Positions 30,651 to 44,257 of a stretch of DNA of 64,000 nt are shown here, piece by piece (within the stretch, counting starts at the first letter, position 1; each line of letters opens with the position of its first letter). Source of the DNA: Eledone cirrhosa (lineage: Eukaryota). The stretch lies in contig OZ024748.1 of the NCBI GenBank assembly GCA_964016885.1, positions 34,968,001-35,032,000 of the forward strand, given 5' to 3'. A program made the translations under genes and the position numbers. A model generated the notes under the pieces. That model was not told the DNA's origin. It worked only from the letters and a program-made list of their open reading frames with translations, and made no database searches.

Positions 30651-30783
30651 CTGGTGAAAGGTGATGCTGATAATGGAGTTAGTGGAAATTTGTTTTGTTT
30701 GATAGAACCAGAGACAGTTTTGGTGGCTTGATATGGAGAGGTGGATTATCAGAATTGGTAGACCATCAGAGAAAATGTTTTAG

Positions 30784-31554
30784 TGTTTAGTTATACCAGT
30801 GGTGGAAATGGTCAAGTGGTCCGCTGTAAACATGGATTAACATGTTTAGTTATACCAGTGGTGGAAATGGTCAAGTGGTCCGCTGTAAACATGGATTAAC
30901 ATGTTTAGTTATACCAGTGGTGGAAATGGTCAAGTGGTCCACTGTAAACATGGATTAGCATGTTTAGTTATACCAGTGGTGGAAATGGTCAAGTGGTCCA
31001 CTGTAAACATGGATTAGCATGTTTAGTTATACCAGTGGTGGAAATGGTCAAGTGGTCCACTGTAAACATGGATTAGCATGTTTAGTTATACCAGTGGTGG
31101 AAATGGTCAAGTGGTCCACTGTAAACATGGATTAGCATGTTTAGTTATACCAGTGGTGGAAATGGTCAAGTGGTCCACTGTAAACATGGATTAGCATGTT
31201 TAGTTATACCAGTGGTGGAAATGGTCAAGTGGTCCACTGTAAACATGGATTAGCATGTTTAGTTATACCAGTGGTGGAAATGGTCAAGTGGTCCACTGTA
31301 AACATGGATTAGCATGTTTAGTTATACCAGTGGTGGAAATGGTCAAGTGGTCCACTGTAAACATGGATTAGCATGTTTAGTTATACCAGTGGTGGAAATG
31401 GTCAAGTGGTCCACTGTAAACATGGATTAGCATGTTTAGTTATACCAGTGGTGGAAATGGTCAAGTGGTCCGCTGTAAACATGGATTAGCATGTTTAGTT
31501 ATACCAGTGGTGGAAATGGTCAAGTGGTCCGCTGTAAACATGGATTAACATGTT
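30784..31554. repeat. 59-bp tandem repeat, 13 copies
   Basis: Unit tgtttagttataccagtggtggaaatggtcaagtggtccactgtaaacatggattagca, with no spacers. Confidence 0.98.
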
Positions 31555-32896
31555 CAATTTGGAGCTTGAGCTAATATCTGGTCCTCACATATGATGTCTG
31601 CTGTTGGAATTGTGACTGGTTGACAATATCCACATCAGATTCTGTGATCATCATACAGTGAGTGACCTCTGTTCATCACCATTCATTGGTGGTCTCTGTT
31701 AGCAGTACTGTGGACTGTGGATTTATTGGTTGGAACTGGTACAACCTATCATGGGTTAATACTGACTCAGGTACAAGTGGTAGGGGCTATACAAGGAAAG
31801 GACAATCTATTATATTTTAGTTTCCACATGGGGCTGGGGTAACATATCCCTGCTTTCTAAAACCTATCCCCCTACTTCTTATCAGCTCCTTGCCCCTAGT
31901 TCAAATCTTGTCAGTACATTTTACTATGGCACTAACACTGTAAAGTGATAGTGTTGATGGCAATAAAATGCACCCAGTACACTCTGTAAAGTGATAGTGC
32001 TGGTGACAAAATGTAATCTGTTGTTGGTTTGGCATTAGCAAGGACATCCTGCCATAAAAACCAAGCTAAATATGGAAGCTATTGTTCTGTGACCAGTCAG
32101 GTCTCAGATGGTAACAACCTGTCCAATACCATCATGATTAATCAAATAATACACCAGTAAGATATTGGGGTTGGTCTATTCATTACTCTACATGTTTGAT
32201 GCTTCCCCTCCTATATTTTCATCCTTGTATCTACCTAAATCAGACATCCATATTATGGCGGTGGATTGGCAGAATTGGTAGAGCATCAGATAAAATTGTC
32301 ATTGTGGTATTTGTTCTGGCTTGTCACATTCTGATGTCAAATCCTGCCGAAGTCAACTTTGCCTTTCATCCTTTCAGGGTTGATAAAATAATTTACCAGT
32401 CAAGTACTGGGGTTGATTTAATCAACTTGGCCTACTACCCCCTCCTATTTTGCTGGTCTTGTTACTCAATGAGAAATCAATATAAATCATGTTAGTGTTT
32501 ATATACAGTTGTTATTTAATCAAGTGTAAAGGTTGTTTGTCACACACATCCACTCATATCCCACCCCCATACAATAGCTCACATCTATCTAATCAGTTTT
32601 TTACTACAAATACTACTACTACTACTACCACCACCACTATTATTACAACTATTACTACTACTGTTATTTTATATATATTGATCCTGAAATATTAACAGCA
32701 TTTGTTATTTCCTACTATTTACTGAAATAGATTCGATAAATTTGAGTCTCTCTGTGTATATCTGACGTGTGTATGTATGTGTGTGTGTGTCTGTGTGGCA
32801 ACTAACATCTGTCGTGATGGATTCTAAAAATAGTTTGTTTTTTTTAAAATCTATTTATTGACTTTCTAGCTTTTATTTGTTTTTTTAGATTTAGTT

Positions 32897-33716
32897 TTAA
32901 CCCTTTCATTACCATATTTCTAATGAAAGACACTGTCTATGTCTTTAACCCTTTCATTAACCGTTTCATTACCATATTTATAATGAAAGACACTACCTAT
33001 GTCATTAACCCTTTCATTACCATATTTATAATGAAAGACACTACCTATGTCTTTAACCCTTTCATTACCCTATTTCTAATGAAAGACACTGTCTATGTCT
33101 TTAACCCTTTCATTACCATATTTCTAATGAAAGACACTACCTATGTCTTTAACCCTTTCATTATCATATTTCTAATGAAAGACACTGCCTATGTCATTAA
33201 CCCTTTCATTACCATATTTCTAATGAAAGGCACTGCCTATGTCATTAACCCTTTCATTACCATATTTCTAATAAATGACATCTATGTCAATCATTTTGTT
33301 AGGATATTTTTAATGATAGACAGTTTATGGTTTTCAAATAATTTTGCAAATAATTAAGAATTTGGAGGGATTTAACTTTCTCATTATTAAGCTTCTTACA
33401 TAAGTTATGATAGGTTTTTATATGAATATAAACGCTTTAAAATTAACAGGTTTGTATGAAGTGAACCCTCTATGGTTTCAGCTTCTCTTGTATCCTTTCA
33501 TAACCATATTTCTAATGAAATACACTCTATTTCAATTAATTAATGAAGACTTTTGAGGCATTTTCTAAAATTATTATTTCATTACTTCGCATATATTTCT
33601 TATATAAAATATTGAAAGTTAAATGATGATGATAATTTTTATAAGTATCCTTTAAAATTAGTGGTTTTGTTTAATAGAATGAGCTGGTTTTAGTCAGTTT
33701 GGTATGAAAGGGTTAA
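32897..33716. mobile_element. piggyBac-type MITE cluster whose TTAACCC terminus is amplified as a 48-bp tandem repeat (~8 copies, 32897-33290)
   Basis: Unit ttaaccctttcattaccatatttctaatgaaagacactacctatgtc(t/a); closing ggtatgaaagggTTAA at 33716. Confidence 0.7.
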
Positions 33717-34127
33717 ATCTAAGACAATATATATTTAGTGGAAAACAGAAAGTTTAACTTGAGATAATTAAAACTAGAGAGAAATGTTCTGTAAAGTAAA
33801 GTTTATTTTTAGATAAAGAATTCTAGATTGTTTAACTATTATTAGTGTTGTGTCACTTGAGTTTTGATTCTTTCATCTAATTATATCACATTCCTGGTAA
33901 TAGAATTAATCTCTTTCCACTGGTGACCAATACATATATGGCATTTCTAATAACTACATCCCAAATAATAAATTTCCACTTCAGGGACCAGAAATACTTC
34001 AATTTCCATCAGTTGTTCACCTTCACAGCTTAAGTAAAACCCACAAGGGCCTACTATTGCCTGCTCTGAGATTTGGGACAACGAATTAGAAGAGTTATTA
34101 AAGCATTTGTTTAAATACCTCTTTATT

Positions 34128-34300
34128 GTACCCAGTACACTCTGTAAAGTGGTAGCACTGGTATCACAATATAAATTACACCCAGTACACTCTGTAAAGA
34201 GCTAGTGTTAGTATCACAATATAAATTACACCCAGTACACTCTGTAAAGTGGTAGCACTGGTGTCACAATATAAATTACACCCAGTACACTCTGAAAAGT
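34128..34300. repeat. ~50-bp tandem repeat (~3.5 copies) resembling the SINE/RTE 3' segment cacccagtacactctgtaaagtgg
   Basis: Direct reading; related units at 31935-32010. Confidence 0.8.
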
Positions 34301-35111
34301 GACTAACATTAGAAACCATGCCAAAATATGGAACCTATGAGCAAAGTGTGGTTTCTCTCTGACTTGTTTCAGATCAGACCATAACAACCCAGCCAACCCA
34401 TACCAACATACAAAGTGGATTTAATAAGATGGTGTGTGTGTGTGGTGTGATGTTTGTATATTTATGTGTGGTGTTTGTATGTGTAGGTGGTATATGTGTG
34501 GTGTTTGTGTGTGTGCTGTGGTGTATGTATGTGTGCTGTGGTGTATGTATGTGTGCTGTGGTGTATGTATGTGTGCTGTGGTGTATGTATGTAACTGCTT
34601 TATTAATACAAAACAAACACTAAACAAAAGACATAAATATTCATATATCAACTCGTTATAATAGTTCAGTGTAGCTAATTGATTAATGAATGCTTGAAAG
34701 ACACAATTAATATAATTATCATCTTTTTAACCAATCAGAATATTTCCCTCCAAAATATCAACCTGACCAGTTTTAACAAAACCTTTATTTCTTGTTTATT
34801 TCTTTGTTGCTTCAGTTATTTAGAAGTTGTTTAGGAATTAATGAAGGTTTTATGTTGCTGTTCATACTTTCATTGAGTTTGTTTGTGATGAAGGTGTGTG
34901 TATGGGGGGGGGGGGGGGGGGGGGGGTCGTTATTTCATAATGAAAGATATGTATGTTTGGGATCATTTTCATGCACACGAGTTGGGTGGGAGGATTCGAA
35001 ACTGTCTAGTTTAACAGATGCCCTTCCTGGTGGCAACCTTTTTAGTCGCCTCTTACGACATGCATATTGCATATCTATTCTAAAAACTGGAATATATACA
35101 TAGGTGGTGTC

Positions 35112-35243
35112 ATTCATTAGAAATATGGTAATGAAAGGGTTAATGACATAGACAGTGTATTTACTCCATTAGAAATATGGTAATGAAAGGGTTAATGACA
35201 TAGGTAGTGTCTTTCTTTAGAAATATGGTAATGAAAGGGTTAA
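35112..35243 (-). repeat. Three tandem copies of the same piggyBac-type terminus, inverted relative to 32897-33290
   Basis: ttagaaatatggtaatgaaagggttaa occurs three times. Confidence 0.85.
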
Positions 35244-35928
35244 ACAAAGATGGACAACCATGTGAAAACTTTTGTCTGTCAGTTTTTTTCTGTGTTTATT
35301 AATCTGGTGAGTTCTGTCATGTTAAGAATCGGTTATTAATTCTTACAATCTGTGAAGAAAATATAAGATGTTTGTGGAATGACTAATAAATGTGACCTTC
35401 CTTCCAACATTTAACTGGTGGTTTATAATGGCATTTTTGTCACACTTCATTAGTATTCCTTCACCGATTCCAGGCTGTGTAAAGTGCAGTCTACAATACT
35501 GACACCAATTATCTCAAGAATTGAGATACATGATGGTGTTTTTTGGATGGGTATATAGACACATTATACAGATGTCACAATATATTTTTTTTTAAAATTT
35601 AAATTTTATTTAGAGTGGAAGCTTGGTTCACAAATCCCTCTTATGAACAAATCGGTTCATGAACAATTTTTCCAAACTTAAAACGTCTCGGTTCACAGGT
35701 GGTGTCTCAATAATGAACACGCAAGCTGGCATCAATTGTTGGCAACAAGCTGGGAGTATCAGCAGGAAAGTTTTACTTGCTGTATAGTTAGTTACTATGG
35801 TGATATCTATCTGCCTTTCACCCACACTGTTTCTCTCTCTCTCACTGTATTTCTCTCTCAACATTTCGGGTGACAAACAACCTTCAGCAACGAGTTAAGT
35901 TTGTGAACCACTGTGCGTATGTATATAT

Positions 35929-38900
35929 ATCATCATCATCTTCGTTTAACGTCCATTTTCCACGCTAGCATGGGTTAGACGGAAGTTGTCCCACTTGAGG
36001 CAAGGTTGGTCAGGTGACCGTGTCTCGCTCATATAGGACTATCTGGCAGGTTATCTACGGTTGGATGCCCTTACTAACACCAACCACATTTACAGTGTGG
36101 AACTGGGAACATTTTACCGTGTTACCTACATGGCCACATTACAGCGTGGACTGTGTGTTTTTTCTCGTGACACCTACACAATCTCATTTATCTCATTTAT
36201 TTGGACTGGATGTTGTGGTACCAACTTTATAGAGAGAGGGTGGTCTTCGTGGGAGTAGGAGGATAGGGTAGTGGGTTGGGGTGTATATTTGTTTAAGAGG
36301 TGCCTACTGACTGTAGGTTTCGCTATGTACATAGGCAAGGCGGGTCTTCTGTATTACTGTGTAGCGCCAAAGATCTCGGTCCAGTGGCATTGTCTTAGAG
36401 AGGTGCGAGTGTGTGAGGTTGGAATTTATCAGATCGTCCCAGGTTTTTCTGGGTCTACCTACTCCGTAACTACCATCAATTTTGATCGCCCTGCACTTTT
36501 TTATACAGCTGTCATATTTCATGCGCATCACGTGGCCATACCAACATAGTCTTCTCTCGAGTAAACAGCATCTGATCCCTCTTATTCCTAATTTCTCACT
36601 TAGTTCATTTATGCTTTGCCGTTCACGTATATTACTATTACACATCCAACGGAGCATGCATGATTCATTCCTTTCCAGTCTACACAGGTCCTCTGCACAC
36701 AATGCCCATGTCTCACTGCCATGTAGCATTACTGTTTGTATACAAGCATCATACAATCTGCCTTTCATTTTTAGAGAGAAACCTTTTGTGGCCAACAGCA
36801 GTAAAAGCTCTCTGAACTTTTTCCATCCCGTTCTGACTCTGGCTACTGTACTTTCAGAACACCCTCCACCACTGCTGATTTCGTCACCCAGGTAACGGAA
36901 AGTGTCTACTATTTCTATAGAACCATCTGGGCAATAGAAGGGGCTAGTATCCTGTGGACACTTGCTACTTATTGCACCTGAGTATCGGCCACAAATAAAG
37001 TCTACGTTCTTAGATAGTTTACCTGTGATCCCACTACATCTTTTATGTACCCATACTTTGCATTTGGGACATAAAATTGAATTTCTGCCTACTCCTTTCC
37101 TACACACTGAGCAAGGCCATTTCCCTGAAGGTACCTGTGCCTTATATTCCTTTCTACAAACTACAACTTTAGTTTTAGACAAGTTAACTTTAAGGCCTTT
37201 TGATTCTAGGCCATGCTTCCATGTTTGGAATTTCTTTTCTAGTTCAGCCATTGATTCAGCTATGAGCGTTAGATCATCTGCGTATAGGAGTTCCCATGGG
37301 CAGCCGGTCTTGAACTCCTCTGTTATAGCCTGAAGGGCAATAATAAATAGGAGGGGGCTAAGAACAGAGCCTTGTTGAACACCAACTTTTACACTAAATT
37401 CTTCACAATATTCATTGTTAATTCTAACCTTACTGACTGTTTCATTATACATAGTTTGTATAGCTCTCACAAGCCATTCATCTACACCTAGTTTTCTAAG
37501 AGCACACCAGATAATGGAGCGTGGGACTCTGTCAAAGGCTTTTTCCAGGTCTACAAAAAGCTAAGTAGCGGGTTTACTTTTAGCTAGGTACTTCTCTTGT
37601 AGTTGTCGTACAAGGAAAAGAGCGTCTGTGGTACTTTTACCTGACACAAACCCAAACTGCATTTCATCTAGATCAATTTGCTCTCTGATTAGTTGCGCTA
37701 TAACTATTTCTGTGACCTTCATGACCTGGTCAACTAACTTAATGCCTCTATAGTTTCCTCTATCTAGAGCATCTCCTTTACCCTTGTAGCAATTAATGAT
37801 GATGCTGCTACGCCAGTCTTTTGGTATGACCCCATTCTGTATTACTTGGTTAACTATACGGGTGACCATAGTATGTCCCACCATTCCAGATGCCTTCAAC
37901 ATCTCAGCAACTATCTCCGAAGGCCCAGCTGCCTTGCCTGTCTTCATATCTTTGATTGCCTTACTTATTATACTACCTTTAACTTGCACCGCTGGTCCTT
38001 CTATTGGATCGATTTCGGACAGACTATCTTTTTCCCATTTATTCTACTCATTTAATAGTCTCTCATAATGACACTTCCAGGCTATCTTCTTATCAGCATC
38101 AGTGAGGGCAAGTACACCGTTATCATTATGGACACACTTCTCCCTGACAATATCACGGTTTTCCTTGACACATTGCCTAGCAATCCTAAACACCTCGTGT
38201 TTTTGGTCCTCGCGTTGTAGAACATGCTTGAACTTTCTATCCTCTGCTTCCCTTTTTGCAAGGTGCACTTGTCTCCTAGCTTTTCTCCTGGCCACTTGAT
38301 AGTGCTCTCTACTTCCCCCATCCTGCCATACTTTCCAAGCCTGCTTTTTGGCCTTGATTGTCTCTTCTACCTTACTGTTCCACCACCAAGTTACTCTCCT
38401 CCTGCCAATAGGTCTGCTCCAGCCACAGATTTCATCCGTTGCTTTCAGCAGGTTCACTTTCAAGAATTGCCACTGTTCCTCTATATTGCACGTCTCTAAT
38501 TGCTCTTCCTTATTGTCAAAGGTATCAAGTAATAAGCTTTTAAATTTGTCACTGGCTATGGGATCCTTCAACTTCCATATTCTTCTCCTCAAGGTAGGCC
38601 TCCTCTATCGTCGAGTACGTCTATTCCTGACTATGAGATCACTAACTACTAGGCTATGTTGAGAGGTGCATTCTTCACAGGGGGAGAGATTTAGTGTTTA
38701 CAACAGACACTTTGTCCCGTCTTCTAGTAAGGATATAATCTATCTGGCTGGCGTGTTCCCCTGATCTATAGGTGATCAAGTGGTTTTCACGTTTTTTGAA
38801 GTTTGTGTTACAGATAGTTAGGTTATTGGCGTCACAGAATTCCAGGATTCTGAAGCCTTCCTCATTTCTATTTCCAACCCCATAGCCTCCATGGATTCTA

Positions 38901-40209
38901 TCATAGCCATCACTATGTTGTCTAACATGACCGTTTAGATCGCCAGCAATAATTAGGTCATCGCTGTCGGTTATTTGGGAGGTAGTGTGCATTAGCGTCT
39001 CATAGAACCTGTCCTTTATAACGTCAAGTAGACCAGATTGGGGTGCATAAGCAGATATTATTGTCACAGTAGTTTTATTTAGAACTAGCCTTATTTTAAT
39101 TATTCTGTCATTCACTCTATTTACGTCGATTACCTTATCTACCCATTTTGCAGCTAACATAATTCCTACTCCACCCAGTCCGTTGTCGTTTCCCACCCAG
39201 AAAAGTTTATAGCATCGTTTTTTACCAACGATGAATCTGGCAGACCCCCCTCTCCACCTAGTCTCTTGAATACAACAAACATCAACTTCTTTACGTTCAA
39301 GCATCTCTACAACCTCATTTGAGCGGCCTTTCAATGTGCCTACGTTCATGGTACCAACTCTGAAGTTGGATGGGTGGGATGGATGGGTTGGAGGAGCAGG
39401 GAGGGGTGTAGGAGACGGAATTTTGTTGGTCATCCGTGTCTAAAATAAAGGGGAGTTCTTGTATTCACGTCTTGCAGCGGGAGGTGAATTTATCTTTATC
39501 TGTGACATTGTCATTGAGTGCTTAGACTTTTCAAATTTCCGCAGTCAACCCTTCAAACAGGTCTAAACTTAAGGAGTAGTAACCGAGGTGGTAGCTTTGC
39601 TATACTGATTTGTTAGAGAACTTACTAAAGCTGTTGAGTTCTGATTGGACCATATAGCAATGCTGGTGTGTGTGTGTGGGGGGGGGGGGGGGTAACTTTA
39701 GGAGAAGGTTAGTTTTTAGGAAGGGTCCAACAGATTGAGACATTAAAAACATGTAAAATAATAATTGAAAATCAGAGAGGAAAACGGAGAATTTGAATTT
39801 TAGACTGGCATAAATAAGAGTTTAAAACACTGCTTATTTAGAAGACTACGGATAGAAGAAAAGACAAGTATTGCTTACATTCTCAAAATCGACAGATCGC
39901 CTGTAAGATAGATTGGATAGATAAATTCTGTCCTTGGGAACTAGCAAGATTTATTTTATACTTGCGATCAGGCGGGGGGTATGAGAGAAGGAGCAAAGTG
40001 TTTACAAAGTAGGGAGCGAGATGCAGGAAGGTTCTAGAATATTTATTTAATAACAATACTAGAAGGTTAGGTTTTAGGAAGGGTCCAACAGATTGAGACA
40101 TATTAAAAACATATGAATAATTGAAAATCAGAGAGGAAAACGGAGAATTTGAATTTTAGACTGGCATAACTAAGAGTTTAAAACACTGCTTATTTAGAAG
40201 ACTACGGAT
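35929..40209 (-). mobile_element. Near full-length degenerate RTE LINE (family A): APE + RT + PHD-like finger, (GAT)n tail
   Basis: Frameshifted ORF pieces 38675-39433 (TMNVGTL, IQETRW, SAYAPQ, GDLNGH, IDYIL), 38044-38592, 37561-37989 and 36304-37470 (QGSVLSPLLF, LYADDL). Confidence 0.93.
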
Positions 40210-40385
40210 AATATATATACACACACACACTGGTATCTGCCTGTTATAAGGTAGTGCCAATAATGTTAAAACTCCATGTAGTCTTGAAGAAATAATTCCA
40301 ATGAGATGAGGAGATGAGCGTTATTGTAGTAGTCTTTCCTCGTATAAGATTCTGTTGTAGATTCTAAACAAGCTACAGAATCATA

Positions 40386-41294
40386 AATATATGTTTTGAA
40401 CAATGAAAATAAAACAAAAGGTGAATATTGATGTTTAATTAGTTCAGTGTTTTATGATCATTACAGAAGGTTGATTGATTGTAATAAATTGATACATTGA
40501 CTAATTGATACTGCTTATGCCATCACATTTATCTTATCTATATATATAAAGCTGTGGTTGTCTGTCTGTCTATCGATTTTTGGCACACATCTCCTCTTAG
40601 AATCTCTGACGGAATTGCACCGAAATTGCTATACTTGTACATTGAGCCCTAGCGAAGACATCGGAAAAAAAATATTTCAAATTGACCCACCCTATATGAC
40701 GAAATCGAATCTAATGTATCGATTTTTGAGCGTAAGTGACAAGTTATTTCCCTTTGTTCTGTTTACATTGAGCGTCTTACGTTGTTTTTCTCTGCGTTGC
40801 AGTGTTTACATTTTCGATCTTTGTTAATAAATAACCAGTGCAGTTTTTATCCCCAGCATCCTCTTTTGTTATAACATTCGGGTTATCGTTATGTTTTCTT
40901 AACTTCATAAGGCATATTGTTGGTTGAGGGAATATTAATCAAAAACACCACATGCAAGTCTGCACAGTAGACACTACAGTTTTTAAGCCAAAAAAGAAAC
41001 TTAACATTGTAACTTTAACACAGCTACTGAGCGACCCCGAGCAACGCCGGGCTTTACTGCTAGTAGTCTCTAAATCTATTTCACCATTTTCCTTAGAAAC
41101 AAATGTTTCTGATGGTGAGATAGGTCTAGAATATTGAGATTAATTATAATATTTGGTGGCATAGCCAGTATCAATTAGTCTATATACCAATTTATTACAA
41201 TCAATCAACCTTCTGTAATGATCACAAAACACTGAACTAATTAAACACCAATATTCACATTTTGTTTTATTTTCATTGTTCAAAACATATATTT
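40386..41294. repeat. ~145-bp inverted repeat (40386-40530 / 41151-41294) split by a Helitron
   Basis: The arms are clearly reverse-complementary, with scattered mismatches. Confidence 0.8.
40537..41063 (+). mobile_element. Non-autonomous Helitron
   Basis: 5' A|TCTATATATATAAAGC..., (GTCT)n near the 5' end, 3' hairpin cccgagcaacgccggg, terminal CTAG|T. Inserted at an AT site with no TSD. Confidence 0.85.
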
Positions 41295-41323
41295 TTGTAC
41301 CTTTGTTTTGTTGTTTCCTTGAA

Positions 41324-41363
<40 letters not shown>

Positions 41364-41469
41364 GGAATACTGTTAGCTTCTCGCTACAACAATTTCTATA
41401 CTTTTCATTTATATATATATATATATATAATATATATATAGTTCAAGGAAACAACAATATATATATCAC

Positions 41470-42235
41470 TTCATCATCATTTTACGTCCGCTCTTCCCTG
41501 CTTGCAAGGGTGGGACGGGTCTTATTCAGCATAGCATCTCTCCACTTGTCACGGTCCTTTGTCATCTCCACCGTGAGCTTCAGTGATCTGAGGTCTGTTC
41601 TCACCACCTCCGCCCATATTTTTCGTGGTCTACCTCTACCACGTCTTCCTTCAACTGGCACTTCTTCACCCATCGGTCATCCTCCATGCGCATCACATGT
41701 CCATACCACCGCAGTCTCCTCTCTCGTACACTACTTTCTATCTCTCTCAGACACAGTTTCTCTCTCAACACATTCATGCTGGGTCGTTTACGCACATTGG
41801 CATTGCACATCCAACGGAGCATGCTTGTCTCATTTCTCTCCAGCCGTCGCATATCCTCTGCAGTTGCTGCCCATGTCTCATTACCATGCAGCATCGTGCT
41901 CCTCATATAACTGGCCTTTCGTATGCAGGGAGAAACCTTTCTTCATCAGCAGAGGAAGCAGCTCCCTAAACTTCTTCCAACTCGTCCTTATTCTAGATAC
42001 TATGGCCTCGGAACCCCCCCCCCCCCCCCTCCCATGCTAATCTGATTTCCTAGGTACCGGAAGCTATCCACCACACTATAGCACCCGCCTACATTTGAGA
42101 AATGTGTCTATCAATGTGACTTCTACTGTCTAATTTCCCTGTACATCCACTGCATACGTATTTCTCCCTACCTGTTAGTTTGCCTGCTATCCCACTACAT
42201 CCCTTGTGTACCCAGGATCTGCATTGTGTGCATTT
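41470..42235 (-). mobile_element. Degenerate RTE LINE 3' fragment (family B)
   Basis: [36 protein letters not shown]; ends ggacgtaaaa(tga)n. Confidence 0.88.
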
Positions 42236-42243
42236 TATATATA

Positions 42244-42537
42244 TCATTTCATCATCATTTCATTTTACGTCCGCTTTTTCCCTGCTTGCAAGGGTGGGAC
42301 GGGAACTGATTCTGGCTTGATTTCTACAGCTGGATGCCCTTCCTAACACCAACCTCATTTACAGTGGAATGATGGGGACCCCAGTCCCTATCATCTCATT
42401 TCTACAGCTGAGTAAACTGGAGCAGTGTGAAATAAAGTGTCTTGCTCAAGGAAACAACACATCACCCGGTCTGAGAATTAAACTCACAACCTTTCGATTG
42501 CAAGGCCAATGCTCTAACCACTAAGCCATGTGCCTCC
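42244..42537 (-). mobile_element. CORE-type SINE with tRNA head and RTE tail
   Basis: Reverse-complement match to 50453-50793 with an internal deletion. Confidence 0.87.
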
Positions 42538-42587
<50 letters not shown>

Positions 42588-43704
42588 CATACACAATAGG
42601 CTTATGCACAGTTTCCTTCTACCAAATTTTACTCACAAAGAATTGGGAGGTTAAATTAGGTGACCCTTACCTAAGATGGGTCTCAACCACAAACCCTGTG
42701 ATTGTTTAGCAGACTTCTAAACAACACAGTCATTCATGTATTACATGCATTTTTGTACAATGTGGGCTCAAAGTCATTATTTGTAGAGGAGAGAGAGAGA
42801 CTTGTCTGTGAAGTGAATTTCTTACCAACATTCTCATGGCTGCACCTATAAGCCATAATAATATGCCATGTGTATGTGTATATATATATATATATTTGTC
42901 TGTAACTCTTTAAAATTTACACACAAACATACAGACATAGGGTACACAATGTATTTCCTGTCTCAGTCATGTTGCTACAATAAGTTTTCTTTCCAATCAC
43001 AAGGGCCTGGGTTCTAACCCTTTATATGTCCCTGATAATTGTTAATTAAATTATATCCTAGAAATAAATCATTAAAATATCATTTTTATCATTAATCACT
43101 TCCAAATTTCAGTAAGTAGCATAAACTATAGGGTTTCTTTTATGCAAACCATTAATTCATCAAAACGGAAATGTCCTAGTTCGTATAATTATTCATATAT
43201 CCAGTGATTCTTGTATAGATGGCATACCAATCCAGGACTCCAAAAATTAAATACATTCAATGTTACTGTTATAATTATTGATGCCACGGCTACTGTGCTA
43301 GTATATATATTTTACTTTCAGTGTCAGTTGATCCAGTAATTATTTTGAACCTTCATGAACTTGTCTTTTTAAACACAATATTGGGGGTGGGGGTGGCCCC
43401 TATTCTGTTTGGCAGTTCTATGCCTTCATTCTCTATTTACAGTCAATACTAAAGAGAAGGGGGTCCCCATTCTGTTTGGCAGTTCTATGCCTTCATTCTC
43501 TTGTTTCAAGCACCTTTTAAAAACAAGTCTCATTTTTACTCAATAATGATTAAGTCAACATAATATCACTAAGTCTTCTCCTCGTTCTCTACCTTCTCTT
43601 TGTCCCCACCTTCTCCTACTCCACTTTTCTTCCTTCTGTCTGTCTCCAATATATAAAAGTATATTCTACTTGTTTGTCAGTGACGCCACCATTAGAGGAG
43701 AGGG

Positions 43705-43990
43705 AACTCTCTCTCTCTCCCACACTCTCCTCTCCTCATCTCTCTCTCCCACACTCTCCTCTCCTCATCTCTCTCTCCCACACTCTCTTCTCCCACACTC
43801 TCCTCTCCTCATCTCTCTCTCCCACACTCTCCTCCCCTCATCTCTCTCTCCCACACTCTCCTCCCCTCATCTCTCTCTCCCACACTCTCCTCCCCTCATC
43901 TCTCTCTCCCACACTCTCCTCCCCTCATCTCTCTCTCCCACACTCTCCTCCCCTCATCTCTCTTTCCCACACATCTCTCCTCCCCTCATC
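43705..43990. repeat. 29-bp pyrimidine-rich minisatellite
   Basis: (ctctctctcccacactctcctcccctcat)n. Confidence 0.93.
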
Positions 43991-44257
43991 AATATTTTAT
44001 TTCATTTATTACCTTCTGTAGTTCCTCATTACATTTCTTGTTAAATGTTTATCATCTAAAATTCCTCCCCACCACCACCTCCCCTCTCCAACACCTGCTC
44101 ATTTCACCACCACCTGTTCCTCTTCTCCCCACCACCCGCTCCACTCCAATTTATAAAGAGACTCCCTGAAAATAACTCTCATCATGTTAGAGGAGTGGGG
44201 TCATGTAGTTTATCCACTATTAGTCATTATGGCAGCGTTTCCTAATGTAACTTATAC

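Noticed and set aside
30784-31554. CRISPR-like regular repeat
   Set aside because: The units are contiguous and nearly identical with no unique spacers, there are no cas genes, and the context is eukaryotic.
35612-35914. Possible pogo/Tigger-type MITE (gtggaagcttggttcacaaa...tttgtgaaccactg)
   Set aside because: The TIRs are too degenerate and no clean TA duplication is visible.
41309-41457. 22-bp inverted repeat around TA runs
   Set aside because: Too short and low in complexity to classify.
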